This document shows positions 9,051 to 18,351 of a stretch of DNA of 64,000 nt, in pieces. Source of the stretch: an uncultured Pseudomonadota bacterium (GTDB lineage: Bacteria; Oederibacteriota; Muellerivitia; Muellerivitales; Muellerivitaceae). The stretch spans positions 384,001 to 448,000 of the forward strand of contig CAWIIP010000004.1 in NCBI GenBank assembly GCA_963836235.1. The letters are read 5' to 3'. Position 1 is the stretch's first letter; every line of letters begins with the position of its first letter. The translations under genes and the position numbers were made by a program. The notes beneath the pieces are model-generated. The model was not told the DNA's origin. It did no database searches and saw only the letters and a program-made list of their open reading frames with translations.

Positions 9051-10445
9051 GTGGATCCGATTCGTTTTGGAACAGACGGCTGGCGGGCCAAGATGTCCGA
9101 AACTTTTACTTTTCCCAATGTTCGGCGGGTCGCTTATGGTTTGGGTCTTGCACTCCGGAAGAAAAAGAAGTCCTCCGCTGTTTTCGTGGGTTATGACACG
9201 CGGTTGAATTCCGAGCGGTTTGCTTTAGCCGCCGCGGAAGTGTTGGTTTCCATGGGAAACCGGGTCACCTTGGCCTCCCGGCTTTTGCCGACTCCGGCCC
9301 TTTCTTTGGCGGTGAAAGAAAAAAAAGCCGAGGCTGGAATCATGATTACGGCCAGCCACAATTCGGGAGCCTATAACGGGTTCAAGATCAAATTGCCGCC
9401 AGGGGTTTCGGCGCCGTCGAAGTTCACCGAACAAGTCGAGAAAAACATTCCCCGCCATGCGCCCGAATCAGGGTTCCCACGGAAGATTAAAAGATCCGAT
9501 TGGCTTTCACTTTACTTAAAAGCCATGAAAGCCAAAGTTGATCTTCCAGCCCTTCGCCGTTCGGGGCTTAAAGTGGTGGTGGATTCCATGCATGGGGTGG
9601 GGGAGAGCCATTTCGAGAATCTTGTCTCGGGAGGCAAGGCGAGGGTTTCGACCCTTGCTGCCAAGAGGAAAGCCAATTTTGGAGGCCGCCAACCTGAACC
9701 GATTGGGCCGAATTTAGGGCCGCTTTCCAAAGCCATTCTGCGAACCAAGGCGGATATGGGATTCGCCACGGATGGGGACGGTGACCGGGTCGGCATGATG
9801 GATGAAAAAGGGCGGTTCGTGGATGTTCATAAGCTGCACGCGATTCTCCTTTACCACCTGTGGGTCCATAAAGGCATGAGGGGGGCGGTGGTAAGGACCG
9901 TTTCCGGAACCCTTATGGTGGAACGCATGGCCCAGCGCTGGAAGATACCCCTAATTGAAACTCCCATCGGCTTTAAACATATCGGGGCCGTCATGTTAAA
10001 AAAAGACGTTCTTTTGGGCCTTGAGGAAAGTGGGGGTATTGCCATCAAGGGCCATATTCCCGAAAGAGACGGCCTTCTTTCCGCGCTTTTGCTGATGGAA
10101 GCACTGGTATGGTTGAAAAAATCGGTTACTGAGGCAGTCGATTTTTTGCAGAATGAATTTGGGCCTTTTTATTACAATCGGGTTGATTTGGAAAACATCT
10201 CGTTTGAACGTCAGAAAATGATCTTATCCCGTTTTAAAAAAAATCCCCCAGCCCAAGTGGCCGGGCAGAAAGTTACGGGAATCCTGACTTTGGACGGGGT
10301 AAAACTCAAATTCAAAAATGGTTGGCTGTTATTCCGCCCCTCTGGGACCGAACCTCTTCTTCGTCTTTATGCCGAAGCTCCTTCGGTTAAAGAGGTTCAA
10401 ACTCTCCTTGGGGAGGCAAAAAAAGTGGCGCTTAAAAGCCATTAG
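9051..10445 (+). CDS. Phosphoglucomutase/phosphomannomutase
   Basis: FGTDGWR, TASHN phosphoserine loop, DGDGDR metal loop, RPSGTEP. Confidence 0.93.
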   Translation: MDPIRFGTDGWRAKMSETFTFPNVRRVAYGLGLALRKKKKSSAVFVGYDTRLNSERFALAAAEVLVSMGNRVTLASRLLPTPALSLAVKEKKAEAGIMITASHNSGAYNGFKIKLPPGVSAPSKFTEQVEKNIPRHAPESGFPRKIKRSDWLSLYLKAMKAKVDLPALRRSGLKVVVDSMHGVGESHFENLVSGGKARVSTLAAKRKANFGGRQPEPIGPNLGPLSKAILRTKADMGFATDGDGDRVGMMDEKGRFVDVHKLHAILLYHLWVHKGMRGAVVRTVSGTLMVERMAQRWKIPLIETPIGFKHIGAVMLKKDVLLGLEESGGIAIKGHIPERDGLLSALLLMEALVWLKKSVTEAVDFLQNEFGPFYYNRVDLENISFERQKMILSRFKKNPPAQVAGQKVTGILTLDGVKLKFKNGWLLFRPSGTEPLLRLYAEAPSVKEVQTLLGEAKKVALKSH

Positions 10446-10523
10446 TGGTTTGTTGTTAAAATAGGCTTAAACTGTCGCAAGGATCGCGGCTTTTAACGGC
10501 GAGTTGCCGTATGTTTTTGTCCG

Positions 10524-10552
10524 TTGACGGGTTATAGGCCCTCCCGTAAAAT
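10524..10552 (+). promoter_or_regulatory. Putative sigma70 promoter
   Basis: TTGACG-17 nt-TAAAAT about 45 nt upstream of the TPR gene, which has an AAGGAG RBS. Confidence 0.55.
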
Positions 10553-10596
10553 CGATTCTCACCAACTTGCCGTTCCCATTTTAAGAAGGAGCCAGG

Positions 10597-11871
10597 ATGT
10601 TCTTTTCTAAATTTTTTGTCCTGAGCGCAACCCTTCTTTCGCTGATTCCTTTGAATTCCCTTTTGGCGGATCAGGAACAAAGCCAGTATTTTCTCGACAA
10701 GGGCAATATTTATAAGAATGAAAAAAAGATGCAAACGGCTATCCAGTATTACAAAGAATCCATCGAAGAAAATCCCTATAACGCCGAAGCCCATAACAAT
10801 TTAGGCGAGCTTTATGCCAGGAAAAACATGATCGACGACGCCCTGTCGCAATTCGATAAAGCGCTGGAAATCCAACCGGGGTACGTGGAAGCTCTTTCGA
10901 ACAAGTCCTTCGCCTTTCTTCAAAAAAAGGTCTATAACCAAGCCGTTTTTTTTGCCAAAGAATCCTTAAAGATAAATCCGGATTTTGGCTCAGCCCATTA
11001 CAACCTGGGAATGGCTTATTTCTTTTTAGGCCAATATCCCGCGGCTGTTTCGGAATTGAAACTATCCGTTCAGTCTTTTCCGGATAATGCTGAAATTTAC
11101 GAGAGATTGGGGGATGCCTATCGGGCTCAAAGCCGAAACGAAGAGGCCATCGCCTATTACCATTTGGCGATCCGAACCGATCCTTTGGATGCCAGTTGCC
11201 GGTCCAAATTGGGGGATATTTACCTGGATGAGGACGAGGAAAAGAAGGCCATTGAACAATACCAATATTCCGAGGATCTGGAGCCCAGCAACATCGATTC
11301 CCGTTACAAGATGGCTGACCATTATGAGAGCATCCGGGATTGGAACAACGCGCGCAGGGAATATCTTCTGATCCTTGCCAACGATGGCCAACAGGCCCGC
11401 GCTCACAAACAGGTCGCCTTGATTTTTGAAAGAGATGATCAAGTGGGTTTGGCGCTTTACCACTGGGACAAGTACTTGGAATTAGTCCCGAACGACCCTG
11501 AGGCCAAACAGCACATCAGTGACATTCGAAAACCCATATTGACAAAAAAACAAGCCAAGGAAATGGCACAGTTCGACAATAAACTTGCCCAAGCCCATAT
11601 GCTTCCAACCCCGACCCAAGTCCCCGCTGTTCGAAACGTGAAACCGTCCGCCCCGGTAGTTCAGAGCCAGGATACGACCGCAATGGACAAGGGTTCGACA
11701 ACTTCGGCAACCTCCCCGGTTGACAACTCCCAGGCCAACTCGTCGGGGTCCAATCAACCGGCGCCGCCTCCGGCCGTAACGATAGCGACGCCTACGCTTT
11801 CCACCCAGTTGGTGCCGGTGGAACTGGTGTCGGCTACTCCTACGGCTGAAATGGGCGTCCTGCCTAAGTGA
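10597..11871 (+). CDS. Secreted tetratricopeptide-repeat protein with Pro/Thr/Ser-rich tail
   Basis: Signal peptide, repeated 34-aa TPR units (AHNNLG, AHYNLG, IYERLG), low-complexity C-terminus. Confidence 0.85.
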   Translation: MFFSKFFVLSATLLSLIPLNSLLADQEQSQYFLDKGNIYKNEKKMQTAIQYYKESIEENPYNAEAHNNLGELYARKNMIDDALSQFDKALEIQPGYVEALSNKSFAFLQKKVYNQAVFFAKESLKINPDFGSAHYNLGMAYFFLGQYPAAVSELKLSVQSFPDNAEIYERLGDAYRAQSRNEEAIAYYHLAIRTDPLDASCRSKLGDIYLDEDEEKKAIEQYQYSEDLEPSNIDSRYKMADHYESIRDWNNARREYLLILANDGQQARAHKQVALIFERDDQVGLALYHWDKYLELVPNDPEAKQHISDIRKPILTKKQAKEMAQFDNKLAQAHMLPTPTQVPAVRNVKPSAPVVQSQDTTAMDKGSTTSATSPVDNSQANSSGSNQPAPPPAVTIATPTLSTQLVPVELVSATPTAEMGVLPK

Positions 11872-11982
11872 CGAAAATGATCGGCCATCAGCCTTTCGAT
11901 TTCGCTAATAATCGAATTCCAAGGCTTGAAAAATTCACCTGAAGTTATCAAGATTGCGAATATTAAAAGTATTGGAGATTTA

Positions 11983-12708
11983 ATGAAATTCGCAGTCTTA
12001 TTGCCCGTTTACAATGAGGCTCCCACCCTGGAAAGGGTCGTGCAAAAGTTATCCGCCTTCAAAGAAGCGGACATTGTCATTGTGGATGATGGCTCCACGG
12101 ACGCAACCCCTTCCATTTTGGAACGTCTGGCGGTGAAGGCTATTATCCGGCACCCGGACAACGTGGGATATGGGAAGGCCCTCATCGACGGGTTCGATTT
12201 CGCCAAGGCTCATGACTATCGTTATTGCGTGACGATGGACGCCGACGAACAACATGAACCCGGGTTCATTCCTTGCTTGATTGAAAAATTAGAAAAGTTC
12301 GATATTGTTTCCGGCAGTCGTTATCTGAATCCCTCGCTGTCCCCGGATGTGCCGCCACCCGAGCGCCTGGAAGTCAATCGGGTGATTACGGATAAATTGC
12401 GCCAGCTCACGCCCTTTAATTTGACCGATAGTTTTTGCGGCTTCAAGGGTTACCGGGTCGATGGATTGCGGAAACTCCAATTGACCGAGATGAATTATGG
12501 TTTTCCAATCCAATTTTGGCTACAAGCGGCCAAAGCCGGGTTGACGGTGACCGAATGTGCCGTTCCGCTGATTTATAAGGATCATAGCCGCAATTTCAAC
12601 AACCAGTTTGCCAACCGAGATGAACGTTTAAACCATTATTTGCAGGTCATGGAAAGCGAAGCCAAAAAATTAGGCCTTTCTTCTTCTCTTTCCGCCGTAA
12701 AAAAATAG
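11983..12708 (+). CDS. Glycosyltransferase family 2 (DPM1-like)
   Basis: LPVYNE, VDDGSTD, TMDAD, SGSR, CGFK motifs; start moved to ATG 11983 behind a GGAG RBS. Confidence 0.9.
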   Translation: MKFAVLLPVYNEAPTLERVVQKLSAFKEADIVIVDDGSTDATPSILERLAVKAIIRHPDNVGYGKALIDGFDFAKAHDYRYCVTMDADEQHEPGFIPCLIEKLEKFDIVSGSRYLNPSLSPDVPPPERLEVNRVITDKLRQLTPFNLTDSFCGFKGYRVDGLRKLQLTEMNYGFPIQFWLQAAKAGLTVTECAVPLIYKDHSRNFNNQFANRDERLNHYLQVMESEAKKLGLSSSLSAVKK

Positions 12709-12755
12709 AATAAGTAAGCCATCCGTCAAATACTGCCTGTACCGAAGGGTCTTTC

Positions 12756-14345
12756 ATGACCGCATTAACCGATAGGATCCCAAAAGGCCACGGAGAGCTT
12801 TTTTTTGACCCACCCCTAGCCCAATGGAAAGAAGATGCTCTCCGAAATCGAGAGAGGTTGGTGAAGGAGTCTTTTTGGGGACAATCGGCGCTCAAAGTCA
12901 GGGCGGCCATGAACCTTCCAACGGAATATCCTTTGATCTTCTCCGGCCATCAACCGGTTTTTTTCCACCCTGGCCTTTGGGTGAAATGCCTGGCCGCCAG
13001 CACTCTTGCCGAGGCCGTCCAAGGAACGGCTATCCACAAGATAACGGACACCGCCCTGGCCCCGGAACACCTGCACTATCTTCCGGAAGTGGAGGATAAC
13101 GGCAAGTCCCGTAAGAAAATACTCGAGTTTTTCACGAATAAGGACCTGAAGAAGCAGGAAAGAATCACGCCTTATTGCTTTCTTCCGCCTCCCGACTATT
13201 CCGCCTTGGAGAAAATCTTTTCGGACGCGCAGGTTTATTGCCCTGATCCGGTTAAAAACAACATCCGGCAGTATGAAGAAAAAATTTTTAAAGGCATCCA
13301 TAAGAACGCCACTTGGAACAGTTTCCATCTTTCGGTCATGAGCATCCTGGATCAGATCTGCGGAACTCAGCGCCTTTATTTAGAGGCCAGTAAAGTCTGG
13401 GCTTTTGAGCCTTTTTACTTTTTCGTGGCCCAATGGCTTAAGAACTTGCCTGAATTAAACGATTGTTACAACCAATCCCTGGAGGAATACCGGAAAAAAC
13501 ACGGGATCACCCATGATTTGGAACCGATGCCAAACCTTAAGTTTGAGGATTGGTGGTTCGAGATACCCTTCTGGGGAGCGACAAAATATCACCAGCGCCA
13601 TTCCCTTTGGGCCAAGAATGACGGGAAACACATCGTCCTCAAGATCAAAGGCGGGGAGGGCAGCTATTCCTTGTCTTTGGATGATCCGCAAAAGGAACTG
13701 AGCGCCTTGAATATCTCGATTTGGCCCAAGGCCATTCCCCAGACTCTTTTTTGCCGCATGTACCTTTGTGATTTTTTTATCCATGGAACCGGGGGCGCGG
13801 TTTATGAAGAAGTTGGAGACATGATATTTTCCAGGTATTTCAGACTGAAGCCCCTTTCGTTCGGGGTGGCGACCGGTACTTACTTAGTGGATCCGAAAGA
13901 AAGCCATGGGGTGGATGTGGTGCTGACTTATGAGGAAAAAATAGCGGCTTGGGAAAGGGCCTTGGAAAAAAATCCTGAGTACTTATTTACCAAGCCGGAA
14001 GATTGGAAACGGGATTTGCCGAGTTTCATGCACCCCATTTTCCTGGAAACAGCCAATAACCCCGGCCTGCGGAAACTAGCCACCGAGAAAGAAAGGCTCA
14101 TTAGTCTTCTAAAGGACCCCGCCCAACGCAGTCAGGCTTCGAAAAAAATTAAAGAAGTGAATTTCGCTTTGTACGACGGTTATACGGATGTGTTGAAAGC
14201 CCTGGAAAAGGGCCTTCTAGACGTTGGGAAAGTAAAAGACACCAAGGACGTTCTCTCCTTTAGGGAATATCCTTTCTTCTGCTATCCGCCCGAAACCTTT
14301 ACGGACATGAAGGAAAAAATCCGGCTCGCCGCCCATTCCGCCTAA
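12756..14345 (+). CDS. Hypothetical protein, remote BshC-like (putative ligase)
   Basis: N-terminal SGHQPVFFHPGLWVK and later FIHGTGGAVYE resemble the BshC TGQQ...GPL...K and GGxGE..Y motifs; coiled-coil C-terminus; similar length to BshC. Confidence 0.45.
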   Translation: MTALTDRIPKGHGELFFDPPLAQWKEDALRNRERLVKESFWGQSALKVRAAMNLPTEYPLIFSGHQPVFFHPGLWVKCLAASTLAEAVQGTAIHKITDTALAPEHLHYLPEVEDNGKSRKKILEFFTNKDLKKQERITPYCFLPPPDYSALEKIFSDAQVYCPDPVKNNIRQYEEKIFKGIHKNATWNSFHLSVMSILDQICGTQRLYLEASKVWAFEPFYFFVAQWLKNLPELNDCYNQSLEEYRKKHGITHDLEPMPNLKFEDWWFEIPFWGATKYHQRHSLWAKNDGKHIVLKIKGGEGSYSLSLDDPQKELSALNISIWPKAIPQTLFCRMYLCDFFIHGTGGAVYEEVGDMIFSRYFRLKPLSFGVATGTYLVDPKESHGVDVVLTYEEKIAAWERALEKNPEYLFTKPEDWKRDLPSFMHPIFLETANNPGLRKLATEKERLISLLKDPAQRSQASKKIKEVNFALYDGYTDVLKALEKGLLDVGKVKDTKDVLSFREYPFFCYPPETFTDMKEKIRLAAHSA

Positions 14346-14367
14346 TCCCTCTTTAAGAAAGTTCTCT

Positions 14368-14817
14368 ATGGAAAGACCTGTTTTGAAAATTGAACTATTA
14401 CCCGGTCAGGAAGATTTGGGCCTGCCCGCTTACGCCACCGAAGGGGCGGCGGGATTAGATCTGAAAGCCGCCTTGTCCGATCCGCTTACCTTGAGGCCGG
14501 GGGAAAGGGGCGTTGTTCCCACGGGGCTTAAAATGGCCATACCTCAAGGATTTGAGGGCTGTGTCCGGCCCCGCAGTGGGCTGGCCATGAAGCAAGGACT
14601 GACCCTGACAAACTCTCCGGGAACCATTGATTCCGATTACCGGGGCGAGGTGAAAGTGTTGGTCATCAATTTAGGCCAGGAGTCTGTTATTTTGAAAAGA
14701 GGCGACCGAATCGCCCAACTTCTCATATCGCCGGTGGCCCAAGCCCAAGTGGTCAAAGTCGAACAAGTGGAAGACACGGCTCGCGGGGCGGGTGGGTTCG
14801 GTCATACGGGAATTTAA
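14368..14817 (+). CDS. dut: dUTP diphosphatase
   Basis: AAGLDL, RPRSGLA, GTIDSDYRGE, RIAQL and RGAGGFGHTG motifs. Confidence 0.97.
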   Translation: MERPVLKIELLPGQEDLGLPAYATEGAAGLDLKAALSDPLTLRPGERGVVPTGLKMAIPQGFEGCVRPRSGLAMKQGLTLTNSPGTIDSDYRGEVKVLVINLGQESVILKRGDRIAQLLISPVAQAQVVKVEQVEDTARGAGGFGHTGI

Positions 14818-14851
14818 TAAAAATCTTTGATGGCGAAAGCGCGTTAAGGTC

Positions 14852-15910
14852 ATGAACAGTATGAACGAGATCCGCCCCGTAGGTTTCAATCTCGGCGGCT
14901 GGCTTTCCCAATCCACCCTGACGGACGATCACACCAAAAACTTCATCAAAAAAGAGGATTTTAAAATCATCGCGGACTGGGGTTTTAACTCGGTGCGCCT
15001 GCCCGTGGATGGCCCCTGGCTTTTCGAGGAGGAGGGACGCGGGCCGCTTTCGAAAACACGCCTGGCCGTTTTGAAAAAAATATTGAAATGGTCCAAGGAG
15101 GCCGGATTGCTCACCATCCTGGACCTGCACCAGGTTCCCTGGCATTCCTTCGGCAAACCCGAACTTGAAAATTTATGGAAAAACGAGGAAGATTTAAACT
15201 CTTTTTGCCAGGGTTGGGTGGAGTTGGCCCACGCTTTGAAGCGGGTGGATGCCCCCATCTGGTTTGACGTCTTAAACGAGCCGACGGCCCGGAATTCGGA
15301 TGACTGGAACCATGTGGCCTCCCGGATTTACCGGGTACTTCGTATGGAAGATCCGAAGCGGGTTGTGATGATCGAGTCGGCCTTTTGGGGTTCCGCTCTC
15401 CGGCTGAAGGATTTGGCGGAGGCGGTCCAAGGCCCAAACCTGGTCTATAGTTTTCATTTTTACTTGCCTATGTTGGTGACGCACCAAAAAGCCCCTTGGT
15501 GGACGGATGGGAAGCCTTACCAGGAGGAAGTGGCTTATCCCGGGCCAATTCCAAAGGACCAGGAATACCTGGCCAAGGATTTACCCCCAGAGACAAGGGC
15601 GGTTTTGGCTTTCGAGGGTGGCAGGCCTTGGGACAAAGAAAGGCTGCGGGAAACATTGAAACAAGTGGCCCAGTTATCGAAAGACGGGAACCGGCTTTAT
15701 TGCGGGGAGTTTGGGGTCTATGAAGGGGTGGCCCGGAGTACACGATTAAACTGGACGAGGGATGTGGTAAGCCTTTTTTCCGAGATGAAGGTGGGTTGGG
15801 GCTATTGGAACTATAAATGGCTGGATTTTGGGATTTGGCCTTCGGCCGGGGACGGAAAAACCGGACCACTGGACGAGGAAATGTTGAACCTATTGAAAGC
15901 GGGCATTTAA
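14852..15910 (+). CDS. Glycoside hydrolase family 5 (cytoplasmic, CelC-like)
   Basis: GFNLGGWLSQ, VRLPVD, LDLH, LNEP, FHFY, CGEFG, YWNY motifs; no signal peptide. Confidence 0.9.
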   Translation: MNSMNEIRPVGFNLGGWLSQSTLTDDHTKNFIKKEDFKIIADWGFNSVRLPVDGPWLFEEEGRGPLSKTRLAVLKKILKWSKEAGLLTILDLHQVPWHSFGKPELENLWKNEEDLNSFCQGWVELAHALKRVDAPIWFDVLNEPTARNSDDWNHVASRIYRVLRMEDPKRVVMIESAFWGSALRLKDLAEAVQGPNLVYSFHFYLPMLVTHQKAPWWTDGKPYQEEVAYPGPIPKDQEYLAKDLPPETRAVLAFEGGRPWDKERLRETLKQVAQLSKDGNRLYCGEFGVYEGVARSTRLNWTRDVVSLFSEMKVGWGYWNYKWLDFGIWPSAGDGKTGPLDEEMLNLLKAGI

Positions 15911-18229
15911 ATGAAATTTCGAATGGCTTTATTGACGTCGGTCTTTTTATTGGCGGGTTGCGGCGGGCGGGAAATGGTGAAGACGGGTGGAACGCCTCCA
16001 GCTGTTACCGTGGCTCCGGTCGCTTCCACCCCCCTGCCTTCCGGGCCGAAGGCGCCTTCCTTGGTGGATTTAAAAACCCCGGTGACCGACACGGATTATC
16101 AGCAAGCGGTGGCCGCTGTCGGGGCTTCCGAAGTTGACCGCCATAATGTCGGCCAATTCCTCCTCATTGCCCAATATCAATACAATCATGGCAATTTGGC
16201 GGATGCCTTGAAGACCTATCAAAAGGTCCTTTTGGCCGCCAATGCTTCCACGCAAGCGGACAAGGCCCAATACATGGTGGGCCAGATTTACTACGAGAAG
16301 CAGGATTTCTTGCCTGCCTTGTCTTCTTTCCAAAATGTATTGGTTAACTTCCCCCAATCGGGCTACGCCATTCAGAGCCGGCAAATGATGGACTTTATGC
16401 TCAGTTATTCATTGAATTTGGATGACTTGAAGCGTTTCGTGGACAATTACCCCGATTCACCCCTTCAGTGCTCGGCCCTTTTCCAACTGGGAAGCCATGA
16501 AGCCCAGGCGGGAATCCAAAATGACGCCATCGAGCATTTAAATAAATTTGTCCAGCAGTGCCCTCAGAATCCCTCGGTGTCGGCAGCCCAGCTTTTACTC
16601 CAATCCATGCAAAGCCAAACGCAAGGGAAGACCTGGAAGATCGGTGTGTTGATCCCCCGGACAGGACGGTTCCAGGGTTTTGGCGACTCTGTTTTGAACG
16701 GCATCACTTTAGCGGTGGAACAGGCCAACCAGGCGGGTGGTTCGAATAAACATATGGCGGTTGTGGTGAAGGACACGGGAAGCGAGGGGATGAAGGCGGT
16801 GACTGAGTTCCAAGATTTGGTCAAGGATGACAGCTTGGATGCCATTATCGGGCCGATTGCCCCGGCGGATATCCAGGCGGTGGCGGCACTGGCCAACGAG
16901 CGGCGGATCGCCATGATCTGTCCCGCGGCCAGCAGGGCGGGCCTCTCAACCCTGGGGCCTTATATCTTCAGCAACAGCATGACCAACGAGATGCAGGGGA
17001 AAGCCATCGCCCAATACGCGGTGGAACGCCTGGGCTTCAAGCGCTTCGCCATTCTGTCGCCGGACGACCTATATGGGCAGACCCTCTCGGATAGTTTCCA
17101 AAAGACCATTGGTTCCATGGGCGCCACCGTGGTGACGCCGGAAACCTATCTTCCTGGCTCAACGGATTTCAAGAAACAGATGGTAGATCTGGGAGGCCTG
17201 GATCCGGAAGGTTTCAAACAAATGCAACGGGATCAGATGCGCCAGATGGATGAGTTGAAATACAACATTTCCAAGGAAGTGGGTAAGATTTTCCTGAAGG
17301 TTAAGGATTCGTCCGAAGCCTCAGGGGTTGTCGCGGCCTCTACTCCCGTGGCGGCTTTCGTTCCCTTGGTGGAAAGCCTTTCGAATACCATTTGCCCCTC
17401 GATTGTCGGCGACATTGACGCCGCGGTGAAAGATTCCTTGAAAACCCAAACCGGCTACGTCTTTCGGACGGACGATATCATTAAACAATCCTTACAACGG
17501 CTGCCAATAGAGTTGAAAGGGACAACCGTGACCGCCACGGCCGACCAATGGGGTGAGGTGGCGCAGGATATGCAGACCTCTTTGATCATCACCGGCCATA
17601 TCCTCGAACCCACGCCGGAAAACGACTGGAGTTTCTTTCCTACCTGGGACTACAACATCCATTTTGAAGCTTTCCTGATGGATCCCAATAAAAACACGAT
17701 GGTGAAGATTTACCAGAGCAAAATAACCTACAGCATATTCAAACCGCCTTCCATGACTCGGGGCAATAATGCCTACCAAGCCCTTTACCTTCCCGCCCAC
17801 TCGGCGGAAGTGCCCCTTTTGGTTTCCCAGGTCCATTACTACGACTTGAACCCGGTTTTCCTGGGTGGGCATCTTTGGGACAACGACACCATCCTCCAGG
17901 AGGCGGCCAAGGACATGGAGGGCGCTTATTTCGTGACCGGGTTTTACGTGGACAGCCAGCAGGGAACGGTCAAGAAGTTCGTGGACGATTACATGAACAA
18001 GTTCGCCAAGCGGCCCGATCTGTTGGCGGCGCAGGCCTATGACGCGGCAAGGCTGCTGTTCCAAGCCGCCAATCTTTCCGCGACACGGGACGACATCCAC
18101 ACCAACCTTTTGCAGATCAAGGACTTCGAAGGGGTCAGCGGCAAGACCACCTTCGGGGGCCAAGGTGAGGCGGATAAGCTGGTGCCGGTTCTCCAAATCA
18201 AGGATGGGAAGTACCAGCAGGTTCAATAA
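15911..18229 (+). CDS. Lipoprotein with TPR (BamD-like) region plus type-1 periplasmic-binding fold (LpoA/penicillin-binding protein activator-like)
   Basis: Lipobox LAGC; TPR pairs; IGVLIPRTG...G..V.NG, AIIGP, AAQAYDAA and FEGVSG motifs. Confidence 0.75.
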   Translation: MKFRMALLTSVFLLAGCGGREMVKTGGTPPAVTVAPVASTPLPSGPKAPSLVDLKTPVTDTDYQQAVAAVGASEVDRHNVGQFLLIAQYQYNHGNLADALKTYQKVLLAANASTQADKAQYMVGQIYYEKQDFLPALSSFQNVLVNFPQSGYAIQSRQMMDFMLSYSLNLDDLKRFVDNYPDSPLQCSALFQLGSHEAQAGIQNDAIEHLNKFVQQCPQNPSVSAAQLLLQSMQSQTQGKTWKIGVLIPRTGRFQGFGDSVLNGITLAVEQANQAGGSNKHMAVVVKDTGSEGMKAVTEFQDLVKDDSLDAIIGPIAPADIQAVAALANERRIAMICPAASRAGLSTLGPYIFSNSMTNEMQGKAIAQYAVERLGFKRFAILSPDDLYGQTLSDSFQKTIGSMGATVVTPETYLPGSTDFKKQMVDLGGLDPEGFKQMQRDQMRQMDELKYNISKEVGKIFLKVKDSSEASGVVAASTPVAAFVPLVESLSNTICPSIVGDIDAAVKDSLKTQTGYVFRTDDIIKQSLQRLPIELKGTTVTATADQWGEVAQDMQTSLIITGHILEPTPENDWSFFPTWDYNIHFEAFLMDPNKNTMVKIYQSKITYSIFKPPSMTRGNNAYQALYLPAHSAEVPLLVSQVHYYDLNPVFLGGHLWDNDTILQEAAKDMEGAYFVTGFYVDSQQGTVKKFVDDYMNKFAKRPDLLAAQAYDAARLLFQAANLSATRDDIHTNLLQIKDFEGVSGKTTFGGQGEADKLVPVLQIKDGKYQQVQ

Positions 18230-18231
18230 GG

Positions 18232-18339
18232 CAGTTCTAAGTGTTGAGTTCTTAGTTTTGAGTTGCGGTAATTTGTTTTAATGTTTGATTAAAATAAACT
18301 GACCATAACTTAGAACTTAAAACTTAAAATTCAAAACTT
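18232..18339. repeat. Inverted array of tandem heptamer repeats, copy 2
   Basis: Left arm cagttct aagtgtt gagttct tagtttt gagttgc (18232-18266); right arm ataactt agaactt aaaactt aaaattc aaaactt (18305-18339). Confidence 0.85.
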
Positions 18340-18351
18340 CAGGGGTTCTCC

